A stretch of 64,000 nt of DNA from an uncultured delta proteobacterium (GTDB taxonomy: Bacteria > Desulfobacterota > Binatia > Binatales > Binataceae). The stretch is from positions 32,001-96,000 of the forward strand of contig CAWJET010000001.1 in NCBI GenBank assembly GCA_963842085.1. The letters are read 5' to 3'. Below, in pieces: positions 37,885 through 49,103 of the stretch (position 1 is its first letter; the number at the start of each line of letters is the position of its first letter). The notes beneath the pieces were generated by a model, which was not told the origin of the DNA, did no database searches, and saw only the letters and a program-made list of their open reading frames with translations. The translations under genes and the position numbers were made by a program.

Positions 37885-38340
37885 CTACCGGAGCTTTAGG
37901 ATTTCGATCCGATGTTTGTTGGATTCCGGTGTCGGGTTGCGATCGTGTTCCGGCAACGCGCCAAGCTCGCGAAGACTCAGCCAGTTAGCTTTCTTGCTGA
38001 TCCATATGTGATCTCCCGCGCGCACGGGAAGGTCACCCTCGACCATTCCCGTACCAATCGCGACGACCGGATTACCCGCGAACACCGAAGGAACCGCCGC
38101 GCCGCATGTTCTGCAAAAGGAGCGGCGATAGGCGGGCGGATCGCGAAGAATCGGCGCGTCATAGAAGGCGATCAGCTCCTCGCCGCGGAGCCACCGAAAT
38201 TTGTCCGCACGCACGAGAAATTCCGCCACGAACGGCGAACCGCTCGCGCACTGACATCGCGTGCAATGGCAGATTTCGATGTCCGTGATGGGACCGTCAA
38301 ACTCGAATGCGACACTTCCGCAGAAACATCGGCCGGTCAT
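37885..38340 (-). CDS. GFA/CENP-V family zinc protein
   Basis: GRCFCG, CHCTRC, FCRTCG. Confidence 0.88.
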   Translation of the reverse strand: MTGRCFCGSVAFEFDGPITDIEICHCTRCQCASGSPFVAEFLVRADKFRWLRGEELIAFYDAPILRDPPAYRRSFCRTCGAAVPSVFAGNPVVAIGTGMVEGDLPVRAGDHIWISKKANWLSLRELGALPEHDRNPTPESNKHRIEILKLR

Positions 38341-38493
38341 GCTGATCGCTCCTCATGGCTCGCGTGCAGAGCCATCCTATCAGACTGTTGCTCTCATGAG
38401 ATGAGACGCTCGATCGGCCGCCAGGCCGTCGCTTTGCGATGGCTGGCTTGGCGCGCCGCGTAACGGAGTCGCGACGCGCACAAGGCCGGACCG

Positions 38494-39363
38494 CTATTGA
38501 AGCGGGATCAATAGATCGGTGATCAAGTCGTTGGCCGGCGTGTCGTAGGGATTGTTGCGATAGATCTCTAGCGCCGGCCGATTGTCAGGAACGAATCCGC
38601 TCTTCGGCAGCCACTCGCCGTAGAGGCGCTCGAATGCCGCGGGAATCCCGTGATACGACCCGACCAATCGATATGAGGCGTACTTGCCGCCCGGCACTTC
38701 CAGCACTTCGATTCCGCCGTCAGCCTTCAGCGGTGCATCCCAGATAACGCCGGCGTAGTAGCGAAATGCGTTATCGCCACCGTCGCCGTCGCCGTAGAAG
38801 ATTCCGATAGCTTCCCTGGTCCGGCCTGCGATTCCGTGGTCGATCTGCCATTGCCACAGGCGCGAATATGCGTCCTTGAAGTTCTCCGGCGTCATGGCGC
38901 CACGAAGACGCATCGTCCAGGCCTTGATCGGTGCACGCTCGACAATCTCGACTTGCATGTTGCTTCCTCCGCGTTTGATTGGCCGCGGACCCACCACCAA
39001 CTGCGCCAACTGCATCCCGCGATCTCGAAACTCCCTCGGTGAAACGTTGGTGAGATTTCGGAACGCGCGCGAGAACGTCTGCACGCTTTCGTACCCGGAA
39101 TCCATCGCGATCTCCGTCACCGGTGAGTCAGTCGTCGCGAGGAACAGGGCCGCGCGCGCCAAACGAAGGCGGCGCGCGGTTTCGATCACACCCTCCCCCA
39201 CCATCGCGCGATAGATGCGATGGAAATGAAAACGGGAGAAGTGCGCGATACGCGCGAGTTCGTCGAGGCTGCGCGGCACCTCCGGCTCATCCGAGAGTGC
39301 CTTGATCACGCGTTCGATGCGGGCGCGGTAGTCGGTCTCCGTGACCGGTTTCACGCCCCGCAA
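38494..39363 (-). CDS. AraC-family regulator with GyrI-like domain
   Basis: FSRFHFHRIY, GYES...FSRAF; GGKYA, LYGEWLPKSG, LEIYRN. Confidence 0.9.
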   Translation of the reverse strand: MRGVKPVTETDYRARIERVIKALSDEPEVPRSLDELARIAHFSRFHFHRIYRAMVGEGVIETARRLRLARAALFLATTDSPVTEIAMDSGYESVQTFSRAFRNLTNVSPREFRDRGMQLAQLVVGPRPIKRGGSNMQVEIVERAPIKAWTMRLRGAMTPENFKDAYSRLWQWQIDHGIAGRTREAIGIFYGDGDGGDNAFRYYAGVIWDAPLKADGGIEVLEVPGGKYASYRLVGSYHGIPAAFERLYGEWLPKSGFVPDNRPALEIYRNNPYDTPANDLITDLLIPLQ

Positions 39364-39440
39364 CCTAGCAAGCGCGCTGGAGAGATTCTTTGCAGAGCTT
39401 GCGAAGTTTCAGCGCCAAGGTGGTGGACTGTAACCCCATT

Positions 39441-39550
39441 TCAGTGCCCACTCAGTGCCCACTTCGGGCTTTTTCAGCATGATCTGAAATGATGTCGATC
39501 TGCTGAGAACCCTTATATTTCCTACACTATATGATCTGAGGTCATCTGAG
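39441..39550 (+). repeat. att arm: tandem TCAGTGCCCAC and (A/G)T(G/C)ATCTGA repeats
   Basis: tcagtgcccac x2 (39441-62); atgatctga 39479; atgatctgag/gtcatctgag 39531-50. Confidence 0.6.
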
Positions 39551-39568
39551 AAAACGTCGTGAACAAGT

Positions 39569-39608
39569 TTAGGAATCCTGTGCTCTATCCATCTGAGCTA
39601 AGGGGGCG
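39569..39608. repeat. att core (right), displaced 5' tRNA-Arg fragment
   Basis: Identical to 10635-10674. Confidence 0.95.
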
Positions 39609-39624
39609 ACCCTGACGAGTTAGC

Positions 39625-39653
39625 AAGTTACGCCGATGCGCGGCGCCGACCAA
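39625..39653 (-). promoter_or_regulatory. Probable original host tRNA promoter
   Basis: TTGGTC-N17-TAACTT, pointing into the tRNA fragment. Confidence 0.5.
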
Positions 39654-39728
39654 GAGTGTGGTGCGTGAACTGTCGCAGCGGACGCGAGGCTTGGGCATGA
39701 CGTCGGCACGTGCTGTGAGCGGGGAACC

Positions 39729-40157
39729 TTACTGCTGCTTTGAGGTCGTCTTGGCCGGGCCCTGGAGCGCGTAATGGATTGCATAGTCGGCATCGCCTCC
39801 CGCCTGCACCCACAAAGCCAGGTCGGCTAGCGTGGGATCCTCGCGCGAAACCGCCATCTCGCGCAGGATACCGACCGTCGCGGCGCGTTCGCTCTCGAGC
39901 TCTTCGCGCTTGATGTGCAAATCCTCGGCCTGCATCTTCTGCATCCGCGCCTGCGCGAGGATTAGTTCGACGTTGGCGGCATTCAGTTCGCGACTGGATT
40001 GCGTGCTCATGTAGCCGGTCGCCGTAGTGCCGGCCGTACCGGCGAGCGAAGCGGCGCCCTCGACGCCGGGCGCAAGCGCCGCGCATCCGGAAACCAGAAA
40101 CGCCAATGCAACCGAGCCGATGATTCGCACCAAGACGTTCTGATCGGTCTGACGCAT
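39729..40157 (-). CDS. Hypothetical lipoprotein
   Basis: Lipobox VSGC; coiled-coil-like segment. Confidence 0.65.
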   Translation of the reverse strand: MRQTDQNVLVRIIGSVALAFLVSGCAALAPGVEGAASLAGTAGTTATGYMSTQSSRELNAANVELILAQARMQKMQAEDLHIKREELESERAATVGILREMAVSREDPTLADLALWVQAGGDADYAIHYALQGPAKTTSKQQ

Positions 40158-40370
40158 TTCCTGATTGCCGCTCGCGTGGGCTTACATATATGTACGTAGT
40201 TATGCATGGGCGGATGCGTCAGAGCTGTCAGCGCTGAAGCCAGCCCCGCGTGTCCGTCAAATCTACGGGATTTCGCGGGGGCGCGCGCTGTTGTACAAAT
40301 CATTAGTCGGACCTCGATGTAGAGTGAATCGAGCGATTGGCCGCGGTGTGCTCGCGGCGGGAAATGAAAC

Positions 40371-42053
40371 ATGGCAGATGACAAAAATTCTTTGAGATCG
40401 AATAGCAGCGTGCTGGTCGATGGACCGTCGCGGGCGCCGGCGCGCGCGATGCTCAAGGCCGTCGGCTTTACCGACGAGGACCTGAGCAAGCCGCTGATCG
40501 CGGTCGCGCATACCTGGATCGAAATCATGCCCTGCACGGCTCATCTGCGGGACCTCGCCGAGCACGTCAAACGCGGAATCCGCGCCGCGGGCGCGACCCC
40601 GGTCGAGTTCAACACGATCGCGGTGTGCGACGGGATCTCGATGGGGACGCATGGGATGCGCGCGTCCTTGATCAGCCGCGAAGTGATTGCCGACTCGATG
40701 GAGCTCACCGTGCGCGGGCATCTGTTCGACGGCGTCGTCGCGATGTCGGGATGCGACAAGACAATTCCAGCGACGGTGATGGCGCTGCAGCGGCTCGACC
40801 TGCCCTCGCTGATGATTTACGGCGGCTCGATCCAGCCGGGGCGCTTCGGCGATCAGCAGGTTTCGATCCAGGACGTGTTCGAAGCCGTGGGCGCGCATTC
40901 GGCGGGCAAGATGAAGCTCGAAGATCTCAAGAAACTCGAGGACGTCGCGTGTCCGGGCGTCGGTGCATGCGGTGGGCAGTTCACCGCGAACACGATGGCG
41001 ACGGCGACCGAGCTTCTGGGAATCTCGCCGATGGGCTCGAACAGTATACCCGCGACCGATTCGAAAAAGCCCGAGAGCGCGTTCCAGGCGGGGCGGCTCG
41101 CCGTCGATTTGCTCAAGCGCAAACTCAAGCCGAGCCAGATAATTACCAAGAAGGCGCTCGAGAACGCGATCGCGTCGGTCGCGATGACGGGCGGCTCGAC
41201 CAATGCGGTGTTGCACCTGCTCGCGATCGCGCACGAGGCGGGAATCGCGCTCGACATCGACGACTTCGACCGGATCAGCTCGCGCACGCCGATCCTCGCG
41301 GACCTGAGGCCGGGCGGCCGCTTCCTCGCGACCGACATGTACCAGGCGGGCGGAATTCCGTTGATTGCAAAACGTCTGAAGGAAGCGGGACTGTTGCACG
41401 AAAACGAAATGACCGTGACCGGCAGAACGATTGGTGTCGAAGCCGACGCGGCGCGTGAGACGGCGGGACAGGAAGTCGTGCGCCCAATCGCGAATCCGCT
41501 CAAACAAACCGGCGGGCTGGTGATTCTGAAGGGCAACCTCGCGCCGGAAGGATGCGTGGTCAAGGTCGCGGGGCATGAGCGCATGACGCATCGCGGGCCG
41601 GCGCGCGTGTTCGATTGCGAAGACGATGCGTTCAAGGCGGTGTCGGCGCAGAAGATCACGGCGGGCGACGTCGTCGTCATTCGCTACGAGGGGCCGCGGG
41701 GCGCACCCGGAATGCCCGAGATGCTGGGCGTAACGGCGGCGCTGTCGGGGCAGGGCCTGGGAGAGTCGGTCGGCCTGCTCACCGACGGGCGTTTCTCGGG
41801 CGCGACGCACGGCCTGATGGCCGGGCACGTCGCGCCGGAAGCGGCGGTCGGCGGGCCGATCGCGGCGCTCCGCGACGGCGACGTGATAACTTTCGACATC
41901 GCGAAGCGGCGGCTCGACGTCGCGCTCAGCGCCGACGAAATCAAGGCGCGGCTCAAGACCTGGAAGGCGCCGGAGCCTCATTATAAGAGCGGCGTGATGG
42001 CGAAGTATGCGCAGACGGTATCGTCGTCGTCGCGTGGCGCCGTGACAAATTGA
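40371..42053 (+). CDS. ilvD: Dihydroxy-acid dehydratase
   Basis: [39 protein letters not shown]. Confidence 0.95.
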   Translation: MADDKNSLRSNSSVLVDGPSRAPARAMLKAVGFTDEDLSKPLIAVAHTWIEIMPCTAHLRDLAEHVKRGIRAAGATPVEFNTIAVCDGISMGTHGMRASLISREVIADSMELTVRGHLFDGVVAMSGCDKTIPATVMALQRLDLPSLMIYGGSIQPGRFGDQQVSIQDVFEAVGAHSAGKMKLEDLKKLEDVACPGVGACGGQFTANTMATATELLGISPMGSNSIPATDSKKPESAFQAGRLAVDLLKRKLKPSQIITKKALENAIASVAMTGGSTNAVLHLLAIAHEAGIALDIDDFDRISSRTPILADLRPGGRFLATDMYQAGGIPLIAKRLKEAGLLHENEMTVTGRTIGVEADAARETAGQEVVRPIANPLKQTGGLVILKGNLAPEGCVVKVAGHERMTHRGPARVFDCEDDAFKAVSAQKITAGDVVVIRYEGPRGAPGMPEMLGVTAALSGQGLGESVGLLTDGRFSGATHGLMAGHVAPEAAVGGPIAALRDGDVITFDIAKRRLDVALSADEIKARLKTWKAPEPHYKSGVMAKYAQTVSSSSRGAVTN

Positions 42054-42841
42054 GGGTGTCAGCGGAATCGGCGGCGGCGCAGACGCGCGCGCGCGGAGCG
42101 CGCGGGCGTTTGCGCCGCGAGGCAGGGACGACGCTGGCAGTGTGCGCGATGCTCGCGGGGGTCGTCCTGGGCGCGCGCGACGCGCGCGCCCAGGACGACT
42201 GGCACGTCGTCGAGCGCCATACGACGACGCCGGCGCCGGCCGAGGCCGGCGCCCGCCCGGCGGCGCACACCCTCGGCACCGCCACCGGCCCGCTCGTGGC
42301 GTGCGGCGAGCCGGCCAAGCCGGCCGGCGAGCCGTACAAGACTATCGTCGCGCAGCTCAACGATATGTGGGGAACGAATTTCCGGGTTTATGAATCGATT
42401 GAACCCGGTTCGCCGCACGCACGCAGCGGCGGGTGCATCCTTTACAGCCAGCAGTTCCTCAACAGCCTGCTTCAGCAGTGGATGAACATCGACGACCCGG
42501 ACGCCATCCGGCCGATGCTGTACGCGATCTTCGCGCACGAGATCGGTCATCTCGCGCACGGCGACTTCGATCCCGCCAGCGAGAGCGTTCCGGTTAAGAA
42601 CAAGGAGCTCGCGGCGGATCAGTTTGCCGGCTACTCGCTCGAGCGGATGGGCATTCGGCGGCTCGATCCGGTCGAAGTGACGCGCTACTACCAGCTTACG
42701 GGCGACGACTTCGTCGGCCACGCGTCGGGACATGGCAGCGGCGACGAGCGGACCGCCGCGTTTCAGGACGGATGGCATCGCGCGGAAGTCGGACTGCCCG
42801 AACAAGGCACACAGCCGGCAGGTGGTCTCGGTGAACCGTAA
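42050..42841 (+). CDS. Secreted HEXXH metallopeptidase-like protein
   Basis: [22 protein letters not shown]; start uncertain. Confidence 0.7.
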   Translation: MRVSAESAAAQTRARGARGRLRREAGTTLAVCAMLAGVVLGARDARAQDDWHVVERHTTTPAPAEAGARPAAHTLGTATGPLVACGEPAKPAGEPYKTIVAQLNDMWGTNFRVYESIEPGSPHARSGGCILYSQQFLNSLLQQWMNIDDPDAIRPMLYAIFAHEIGHLAHGDFDPASESVPVKNKELAADQFAGYSLERMGIRRLDPVEVTRYYQLTGDDFVGHASGHGSGDERTAAFQDGWHRAEVGLPEQGTQPAGGLGEP

Positions 42842-42865
42842 AAATATTAGCGGCAATTCTTAAAC

Positions 42866-43861
42866 ATGAGCGCTTCAACAATTTCGAATCCATCACAGGC
42901 TGCGACCGGCGCGATCCGCGCCGAGCCTGGCGCGATCGAAGCGCGCGCGCTCGGCTTTCGCTACGGCGATCGCGAGGCGCTTGGCGACGTGAGCTTTTCG
43001 GTCGCACGCGCCGAGATCTTTGGCTTCCTCGGACCCAACGGCGGCGGCAAAACCACTTTGTTCAAGCTGCTGTCGACGCTGGCGCCGATTCAATCGGGCA
43101 GTGCGCGACTGTTCGGTCACGACCTGGCGGGCGAGACCGCTGCGGTGCGGCGGCGGCTCGGCGTCGTATTTCAGCATCCGAGCCTCGATGGCAAGCTGAC
43201 CGTCGGTGAAAATCTCGCGGCTCATGGTCATCTATATGGGATCTCCGGCAAGCGGCTGCGCGAGCGAATTGCGGCGATGCTCGAACGGCTGGGACTATCG
43301 GAGCGCGCGCGCGACCGGGTCGAGACGTTGTCGGGCGGGCTGCAGCGCCGGGTCGAGCTGGCCAAGGCTCTGCTGCACGAGCCTGAACTGCTGCTGCTCG
43401 ACGAGCCCAGCACGGGGCTCGATCCGGCGGCGCGGCGCGAGTTTTGGAATTACCTCGGGCATCTGCGCGAGCGCGAGGGCGTGACAGTCGTGCTGACGAC
43501 GCATTACATGGAAGAGGCGGAGCGATGCGATCGCATCGGGATCCTGCATCAAGGCAAGCTCGTCGCAATCGCGCCGCCGGGTGAACTCAAGTCCGAAGTC
43601 GGTGGCGACGTGGTCGTGATCCGGACAGGCGCGCCGGAAATCTTGCAGCGGAAAATTCTCGCGCGCTTCAAGCTCAAGAGCCAACTGGTGGACGGCGCGA
43701 TTCGGATCGAAAAATTGCGCGCGCATGAACTAGTGCGCGACCTGATCGACGCATTCGGCGAGGAGATCGAATCGGTTTCATTCGGCAAGCCGACCCTCGA
43801 GGACGTGTTCGTGCACCTGACCGGGCATCAGTTCTTCACGGACACGGCGGAGGCGGAATAG
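42866..43861 (+). CDS. ABC-2 (DrrA-like) exporter ATPase
   Basis: GPNGGGKT, LSGG, LDEPS, PTLEDVF. Confidence 0.9.
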   Translation: MSASTISNPSQAATGAIRAEPGAIEARALGFRYGDREALGDVSFSVARAEIFGFLGPNGGGKTTLFKLLSTLAPIQSGSARLFGHDLAGETAAVRRRLGVVFQHPSLDGKLTVGENLAAHGHLYGISGKRLRERIAAMLERLGLSERARDRVETLSGGLQRRVELAKALLHEPELLLLDEPSTGLDPAARREFWNYLGHLREREGVTVVLTTHYMEEAERCDRIGILHQGKLVAIAPPGELKSEVGGDVVVIRTGAPEILQRKILARFKLKSQLVDGAIRIEKLRAHELVRDLIDAFGEEIESVSFGKPTLEDVFVHLTGHQFFTDTAEAE

Positions 43862-43867
43862 GAAGCG

Positions 43868-44653
43868 ATGGGCGAGATTTTTCTTCAGGCCGAAACGCTG
43901 TGGTATCGCGAGGTCGTGCGCTTCATCCGCCAACCGATCCGCGTGATGAGCGCGATCGCGACGCCGCTGGTGTTCTGGCTGCTGCTCGGCGCCGGGCTGC
44001 AAGCCTCGTTCAAGCCGAGCGGGATGCCGTCCGGCATCGACTACGTGCAGTACTTTTATCCCGGCGTGATCGTGCTGATGCTGCTGTTCACCGCGATCTT
44101 CGCGACCGCCTCGACGGTGGACGATCGCCGCCAGGGTTTTCTGCAGGGCGTACTGGTCGCGCCGATCTCACGCGCGACGATCGTGCTGGGCCAGGCGCTC
44201 GGCTGCACGACGCTGTCCGTGTTGCAGGGGGTCATCTTCCTCGCGATGGCGCCGCTGGCGGGGATCCACCTCAGCCTCGGAGCGATCGTGGTGTCGCTGG
44301 CGATGATGGCGCTGATCGCGTTCGCGATGACGAGCATCGGGCTGGCGATGGCGTGGAAGACCGAATCGACGCAGGGCTTCCACGCCTTCATGAACATGCT
44401 GCTGCTGCCGATTTGGATGCTGTCGGGCGCCGTCTTTCCGGTGGCGGGCGCGCCGGCATGGTTTCAATGGACGACGCGGCTGAATCCGCTGACCTACGCG
44501 GTGGATGCGCTCAGGCAGGGACTCTATCTTGCGGAGCCGGCGTTGAGCGGCGCGACGATGCCGATGGGCTCGTCGGTGGCGGTCGCGATCGCGTTCGCCG
44601 CCTTCGCATTCATCCTGGCAACCCGCGTCGCCCGGACCGCCTCGACGATCTAG
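43868..44653 (+). CDS. ABC-2 exporter permease
   Basis: About 6 TM; LSGAVFP, NPLTY. Confidence 0.9.
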   Translation: MGEIFLQAETLWYREVVRFIRQPIRVMSAIATPLVFWLLLGAGLQASFKPSGMPSGIDYVQYFYPGVIVLMLLFTAIFATASTVDDRRQGFLQGVLVAPISRATIVLGQALGCTTLSVLQGVIFLAMAPLAGIHLSLGAIVVSLAMMALIAFAMTSIGLAMAWKTESTQGFHAFMNMLLLPIWMLSGAVFPVAGAPAWFQWTTRLNPLTYAVDALRQGLYLAEPALSGATMPMGSSVAVAIAFAAFAFILATRVARTASTI

Positions 44654-45417
44654 CGCGGCGGCATCCTTAGCGCGCCGTCGAGGCGGATCGTCTCGCCGTT
44701 GAGCATTTCGTTCTCTACGATGTGCCGCGCGAGCGCCGCATATTCGGAGGGCTTGCCAAGCCGCTGCGGAAACGGAATCTGCGCGGCTAGCGCCTTGCGA
44801 TTCGCGTCGGGCAAACCCGCCAGCATCGGGGTCTCGAAAGTTCCCGGCGCGATCGTGCAGATGCGGATGCCGAGCGACGCGAGGTCGCGCGCTATTGGCA
44901 GCGTCATCGAAACCACGCCGCCCTTCGACGCTGAGTAGGCGACTTGCCCGATCTGCCCGTCAAATGCGGCGACCGACGCGGTATTGACGATCACGCCGCG
45001 CTCGCCGTCGGGGCCGGGCTGATTCTTTGCCATCTGCGCCGCAGCCAGCCGCGTGACGTTGAAGGTGCCGATGAGATTCACCGTGATCACCTTGGTGAAG
45101 AGGTCGAGCGGATGCGGACCGTCCCGGGTGACCGTGCGCATCGCGCGGCCGATGCCGGCGCAGTTTACGGCGATATGAATCGCGGCGAACTTCGCGACGG
45201 TTTTCGCAACCGCATCGGTCGCCTGGTCGGCGGAGGCGACATCGGCCTCGACAAAGATCGCATTCGCGCTAAGCGACTCTGCGACTTTGGCGCCGGGCGA
45301 CGACGGCAGATCGAGAATCGCGACCTTGGCGCCGGCAGCTGCGAATTCGCGGACAGTTGCTTCGCCGAGTCCGGAGCCGCCGCCGGTCACAAGCGCGACC
45401 GCATTTTTGAGATTCAT
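44650..45417 (-). CDS. SDR, 3-hydroxyacyl-CoA dehydrogenase type II-like
   Basis: [34 protein letters not shown]. Confidence 0.9.
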   Translation of the reverse strand: MNLKNAVALVTGGGSGLGEATVREFAAAGAKVAILDLPSSPGAKVAESLSANAIFVEADVASADQATDAVAKTVAKFAAIHIAVNCAGIGRAMRTVTRDGPHPLDLFTKVITVNLIGTFNVTRLAAAQMAKNQPGPDGERGVIVNTASVAAFDGQIGQVAYSASKGGVVSMTLPIARDLASLGIRICTIAPGTFETPMLAGLPDANRKALAAQIPFPQRLGKPSEYAALARHIVENEMLNGETIRLDGALRMPPR

Positions 45418-45506
45418 ACATCAACCTCGCGGAAGTAAGAGCTGCAGCGCGAAAACGTTATGACCGCAGACGCGATTATGCAACCGGCGAATTGGGGGCG
45501 GAAATA

Positions 45507-47558
45507 CTACGGGGAGGCTTCCTGTTGAACGGGGCGCGGCGTTTCGAGCAATCTTCTGGCGGCAGCAATAGCGTGGCTCGAGCCGGCCAGTTCGAGGATG
45601 TCGCCCGGGCGGAGAATTTCGTCGCCGGTCGCTACTACTACCTCGGAGTCGCCGCGCCCGATGGCGACCACAACCGCGCCGCTGTTGGTGTGCAGGTCCA
45701 GCTGGGACAGACTTTTGCCTACACTTTCGCTGCCGGGGCGCAGGGGCACGGGCGTGATCATACCGATGCCGGGGACTTCGTATGAATCGGCTTCCGCATT
45801 CGCGGGAACGCCTCGGAGGGCGGTCGCAATCAGGCGCGTGGCATTGCGGAGCTGTCCCTGCATCCGGTGCGCACTTCGGGTCACGACGACGATCATCAGC
45901 ACGATCGTGATCACCACGATTCCGATTCCTTCGACCGGTTCCATGAACGGCTGAACGATCGCGAGCAACGGCACGGCGGCGACCAGCAGTATCGTGATCT
46001 GCAGCAGTTCGATCAGCGCGCTCAGCGCGGGCGCGCCACTCGGCGGAAGTTCAGCGAAGGCGCGCGACGCAAGCGCTGTCGCAAGTCGGCGCGATGCGAA
46101 ATACATCGCGGCCGCGGGCGCGGCGCAGAGCAGCAGAGCGAACAGGTCGACGTATAGACCGGCGGAGAAATACGAGAGATGTTCGAGGCTCGTGACCGTG
46201 GTAGTCACGTCGAACGGGTCGCGTTCGTTGACGATAAGAATGGCGCCGATCAGAACTGCGCTCGACACGATGGCGGCCGTGGGCCATGCGATGGAATTGG
46301 CCTCGCGTGCAGGCTGCCCGGCGTTGCGGATCCGTTCGAACCACGAGTCATAGAGCGCTTCGAGCACCTTGAGCGGCCGCGGCAGCCGCGCCGAAACGAA
46401 TTCCGCGACCGGGATCGAGCCGCGGATCATGTAGGGCGTCAGGAAGGTGGTGACCGCCGAGACCGCAACCGCAAGCGTGTAGAGAAAATCGCGGGCGGCG
46501 CCGGTCTTCAGCGCGGCGCCCGCGATGATGAACGAGAACTCGCCGATTTGCGACAGACTCATGCCGGCTTCGATCGAGGTCTTGGTGCCGACGCCGCTCA
46601 GAATCGAGGCGAATGTCACGCCGACGATTTTTCCGCCGAGCACGGCCACCGTCAGCACGATCAGCGCCTGCCAGTGTTCTGCGATCAGCTTCGGATCGAT
46701 CATCATGCCGACCGAGACGAAGAACACCGCGCCGAATATGTCGCGCAGCGGCGCGACCAGATGCTCTATTTGTGCGGCCTCGCCGGACTCCGCGACGAGG
46801 GAACCCGCCAGGAAGGCGCCGAGTGCGACCGAGTATCCGGCGTGCTCGGCGAGGAGGGCGAAGGCGAAACAAATGCCGACGACTGCGACCAGCGTCGTCT
46901 CCGGCCGGCCCATCCGCACCACCATCCGCACGACCGGCGGCACAACGATGAAGCCGACGCCGACGAATGCGACGAGGAACAGAATCAGGCGCGCGATCGT
47001 CACCATCATCAGCGATGCCGACACGCTCGCGCCCGATGCCAGCGTAGTCAGAATCGCCAGCTCGACGACGGCGGTGAGATCTTCGGCAAGCAGCACGCCA
47101 AAGACAAGCTCGCGCAGGCGATCGGAGACGGGTGTTTCCTGGTAAGCCTTGGCGACGATTGTCGTGCTCGATATCGAAAGAATCGCGCCGGTGAAGATGC
47201 TCTCGAGCGGCGTCCATCCCAGCGCGCGCCCGCATACGTAACCGAGCCAGATCATGAAGCCGACCTGGAGCGCGGTGATGAAGCCCGACGTCGGACCGAG
47301 GCGAATCAGCTTGCGCACGCTGAACTCGAGTCCCAGTGCGAACATCAGGAGGATGACGCCGAGTTCGGACAGGGTGTGAATGCGGTCGGGATCGGCGAAC
47401 AGCGGAATCGGAACGTTGGGGCCGACGATCATGCCGGCGATCAGATAGCCGACGACGACGGGCTGGCGGATTTTCTGAAAAATGATGGTGGTGACGGCGG
47501 CGACGCATAGCACCATCGCGAGATCTTCGAGAAACGTGTGTGAGATGAGCAGGTGCAC
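45507..47558 (-). CDS. CPA2 cation:proton antiporter with TrkA-C domain
   Basis: LGLEFS, SSTTIV, QIGEFSF; C-terminal RCK-C. Confidence 0.88.
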   Translation of the reverse strand: MHLLISHTFLEDLAMVLCVAAVTTIIFQKIRQPVVVGYLIAGMIVGPNVPIPLFADPDRIHTLSELGVILLMFALGLEFSVRKLIRLGPTSGFITALQVGFMIWLGYVCGRALGWTPLESIFTGAILSISSTTIVAKAYQETPVSDRLRELVFGVLLAEDLTAVVELAILTTLASGASVSASLMMVTIARLILFLVAFVGVGFIVVPPVVRMVVRMGRPETTLVAVVGICFAFALLAEHAGYSVALGAFLAGSLVAESGEAAQIEHLVAPLRDIFGAVFFVSVGMMIDPKLIAEHWQALIVLTVAVLGGKIVGVTFASILSGVGTKTSIEAGMSLSQIGEFSFIIAGAALKTGAARDFLYTLAVAVSAVTTFLTPYMIRGSIPVAEFVSARLPRPLKVLEALYDSWFERIRNAGQPAREANSIAWPTAAIVSSAVLIGAILIVNERDPFDVTTTVTSLEHLSYFSAGLYVDLFALLLCAAPAAAMYFASRRLATALASRAFAELPPSGAPALSALIELLQITILLVAAVPLLAIVQPFMEPVEGIGIVVITIVLMIVVVTRSAHRMQGQLRNATRLIATALRGVPANAEADSYEVPGIGMITPVPLRPGSESVGKSLSQLDLHTNSGAVVVAIGRGDSEVVVATGDEILRPGDILELAGSSHAIAAARRLLETPRPVQQEASP

Positions 47559-47707
47559 GGCGGCGTCGGGAATCTTAGCTTGTGGCGGAGGGAGGGCGCG
47601 AGGGCGAGAGCGCTCGCATTGAGATCATGCAAAGCAACCTTAGGCCTAACCCTTTCCCATCCTCCCATGTGGGAAGGGGAACAATCGCGGAGAGGGGGGA
47701 AGAACCG

Positions 47708-48871
47708 CTAACGCGTGTTCATGACGCGGGGCAGCACTTTGGTCCAGAACAGCTCGATTGTCTTCATCAGGCGGTCGTGCGGCATCAGGCCGTTGTACAT
47801 CCACGCGAAGACCCATCGAATCGGCAGGCGCTCGAGCAGGTGCTCGACCTGACGGGTGACGGTGTCCACGGTGCCGACGAAGGCGAGACCGTTGGTCCAT
47901 AGATCGGCGGGCTCGCCGGTTTTGGGATCGTCGAGGCCTTTGGAAAATCCGAACGGCTCGAACCATTCGTGGCCGCAGAAGTAACCGCTCGCGCGCCAGA
48001 TTGCGCGTGCTTCGTCGTCGCTGTCAGCGATCACGATGTCGCGCAGCACTCCCATCCCTTCGCCGAGCGGCTTGCGCGAGACTTCCGCATAGACCTCGCA
48101 CAACTGATGCTCAAGCGATGGATGCAGCGGCGGCAGGATCGCGGTGACGCCCTCCTGCGCGCACCATCTGATACTGCGCTCGGACGACGCGAACGGCTGG
48201 AAGATCGGCGGGTGCGGCTTCTGAACGGGCTTGGGCACGACCGCAACCGCGCGCACGATTCCGTTTTCAATACCGCCACCCCATTTGGCGGTCGCGTCGA
48301 GGGTCCACGGCGTCTCGCCGGGCGGGATGCGCCAGTACCTGCCCTCGAAGGAAATAAAATCCTGGGTCCATGCCTGCTTGATGATGCGAAAATTTTCCTC
48401 GAAGGCTGCGCGGTTGGCGTTGTCGATCTCGTCGTGCTGATGGGGCAGCGCGCCGTGAATCCCATGCGTCTGCTGCGCCATGATGTCGACCCATCGCCGC
48501 TGATAGCCGCGCGCGAAGCCGGCGTTGGCGCGTCCGCCGGTCATGTGATCGAGCATCGCGACGTCCTCGGCGACGCGGATCGGATTCTGCGACGGCAACA
48601 CGATGCCGAGCTGGCCGACGCGCAGCCGTTTGGTCTGCATCGCGATGTACAAGTCGAGCAAGACGGGATTGTTGGACAACTCGAAGCCTTCGACGTGAAA
48701 ATGATGCTCGGTAAAACTGATCGAGTCGTAGCCGAGGTCGTCGGCGAGCCGCGCCTGCGCGCTGATGTCGTGCAGCATCTGGTCGTAGAGATGACCCTGC
48801 AATCCGGAGCGCCCCTTTTCCATGTCGGCTTTGCTGCCGACCGACGGTAAATAGAAAAGCGATACTTTCAT
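47708..48871 (-). CDS. Luciferase-like (LLM) flavin-dependent oxidoreductase
   Basis: TEHHF, NPIRVAED.AMLDHMTGGR, PKPVQKPHPP. Confidence 0.88.
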   Translation of the reverse strand: MKVSLFYLPSVGSKADMEKGRSGLQGHLYDQMLHDISAQARLADDLGYDSISFTEHHFHVEGFELSNNPVLLDLYIAMQTKRLRVGQLGIVLPSQNPIRVAEDVAMLDHMTGGRANAGFARGYQRRWVDIMAQQTHGIHGALPHQHDEIDNANRAAFEENFRIIKQAWTQDFISFEGRYWRIPPGETPWTLDATAKWGGGIENGIVRAVAVVPKPVQKPHPPIFQPFASSERSIRWCAQEGVTAILPPLHPSLEHQLCEVYAEVSRKPLGEGMGVLRDIVIADSDDEARAIWRASGYFCGHEWFEPFGFSKGLDDPKTGEPADLWTNGLAFVGTVDTVTRQVEHLLERLPIRWVFAWMYNGLMPHDRLMKTIELFWTKVLPRVMNTR

Positions 48872-49103
48872 TGTCACCTCGCGCGCTGCAGGCGCGTCCC
48901 GACTGTAGAACTCCTTGAATGCAAACGGCAAACGGCGGATGGCGAGTTGAGTCTCGATCTGAGGATGCGCGCAGAACCTTCACCTAACCTCTCCCGTAAA
49001 ATAACGGCCGAGGGATCAGAGCTGGCTTTGCCGATTTGCGCGGGGCGGCGCTATAGTGCGCGCATCGGCCGACGCTCAGCAACTCTTTGGAGAGGTTAAA
49101 TCG

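Larger units (their letters stand above)
10635..39608. mobile_element. ~29 kb integrative element/genomic island at tRNA-Arg(CCU)
   Basis: 40-bp terminal direct repeats, adjacent tyrosine integrase and Xis-like gene, ssb/ardC, RM remnant, IS copies. Confidence 0.93.

Noticed and set aside
47641-49020. cctaacc(c/t)..ccc...gggaagggg hairpins at ~47645 and ~48983
   Set aside because: REP-like but too degenerate to delimit reliably by eye
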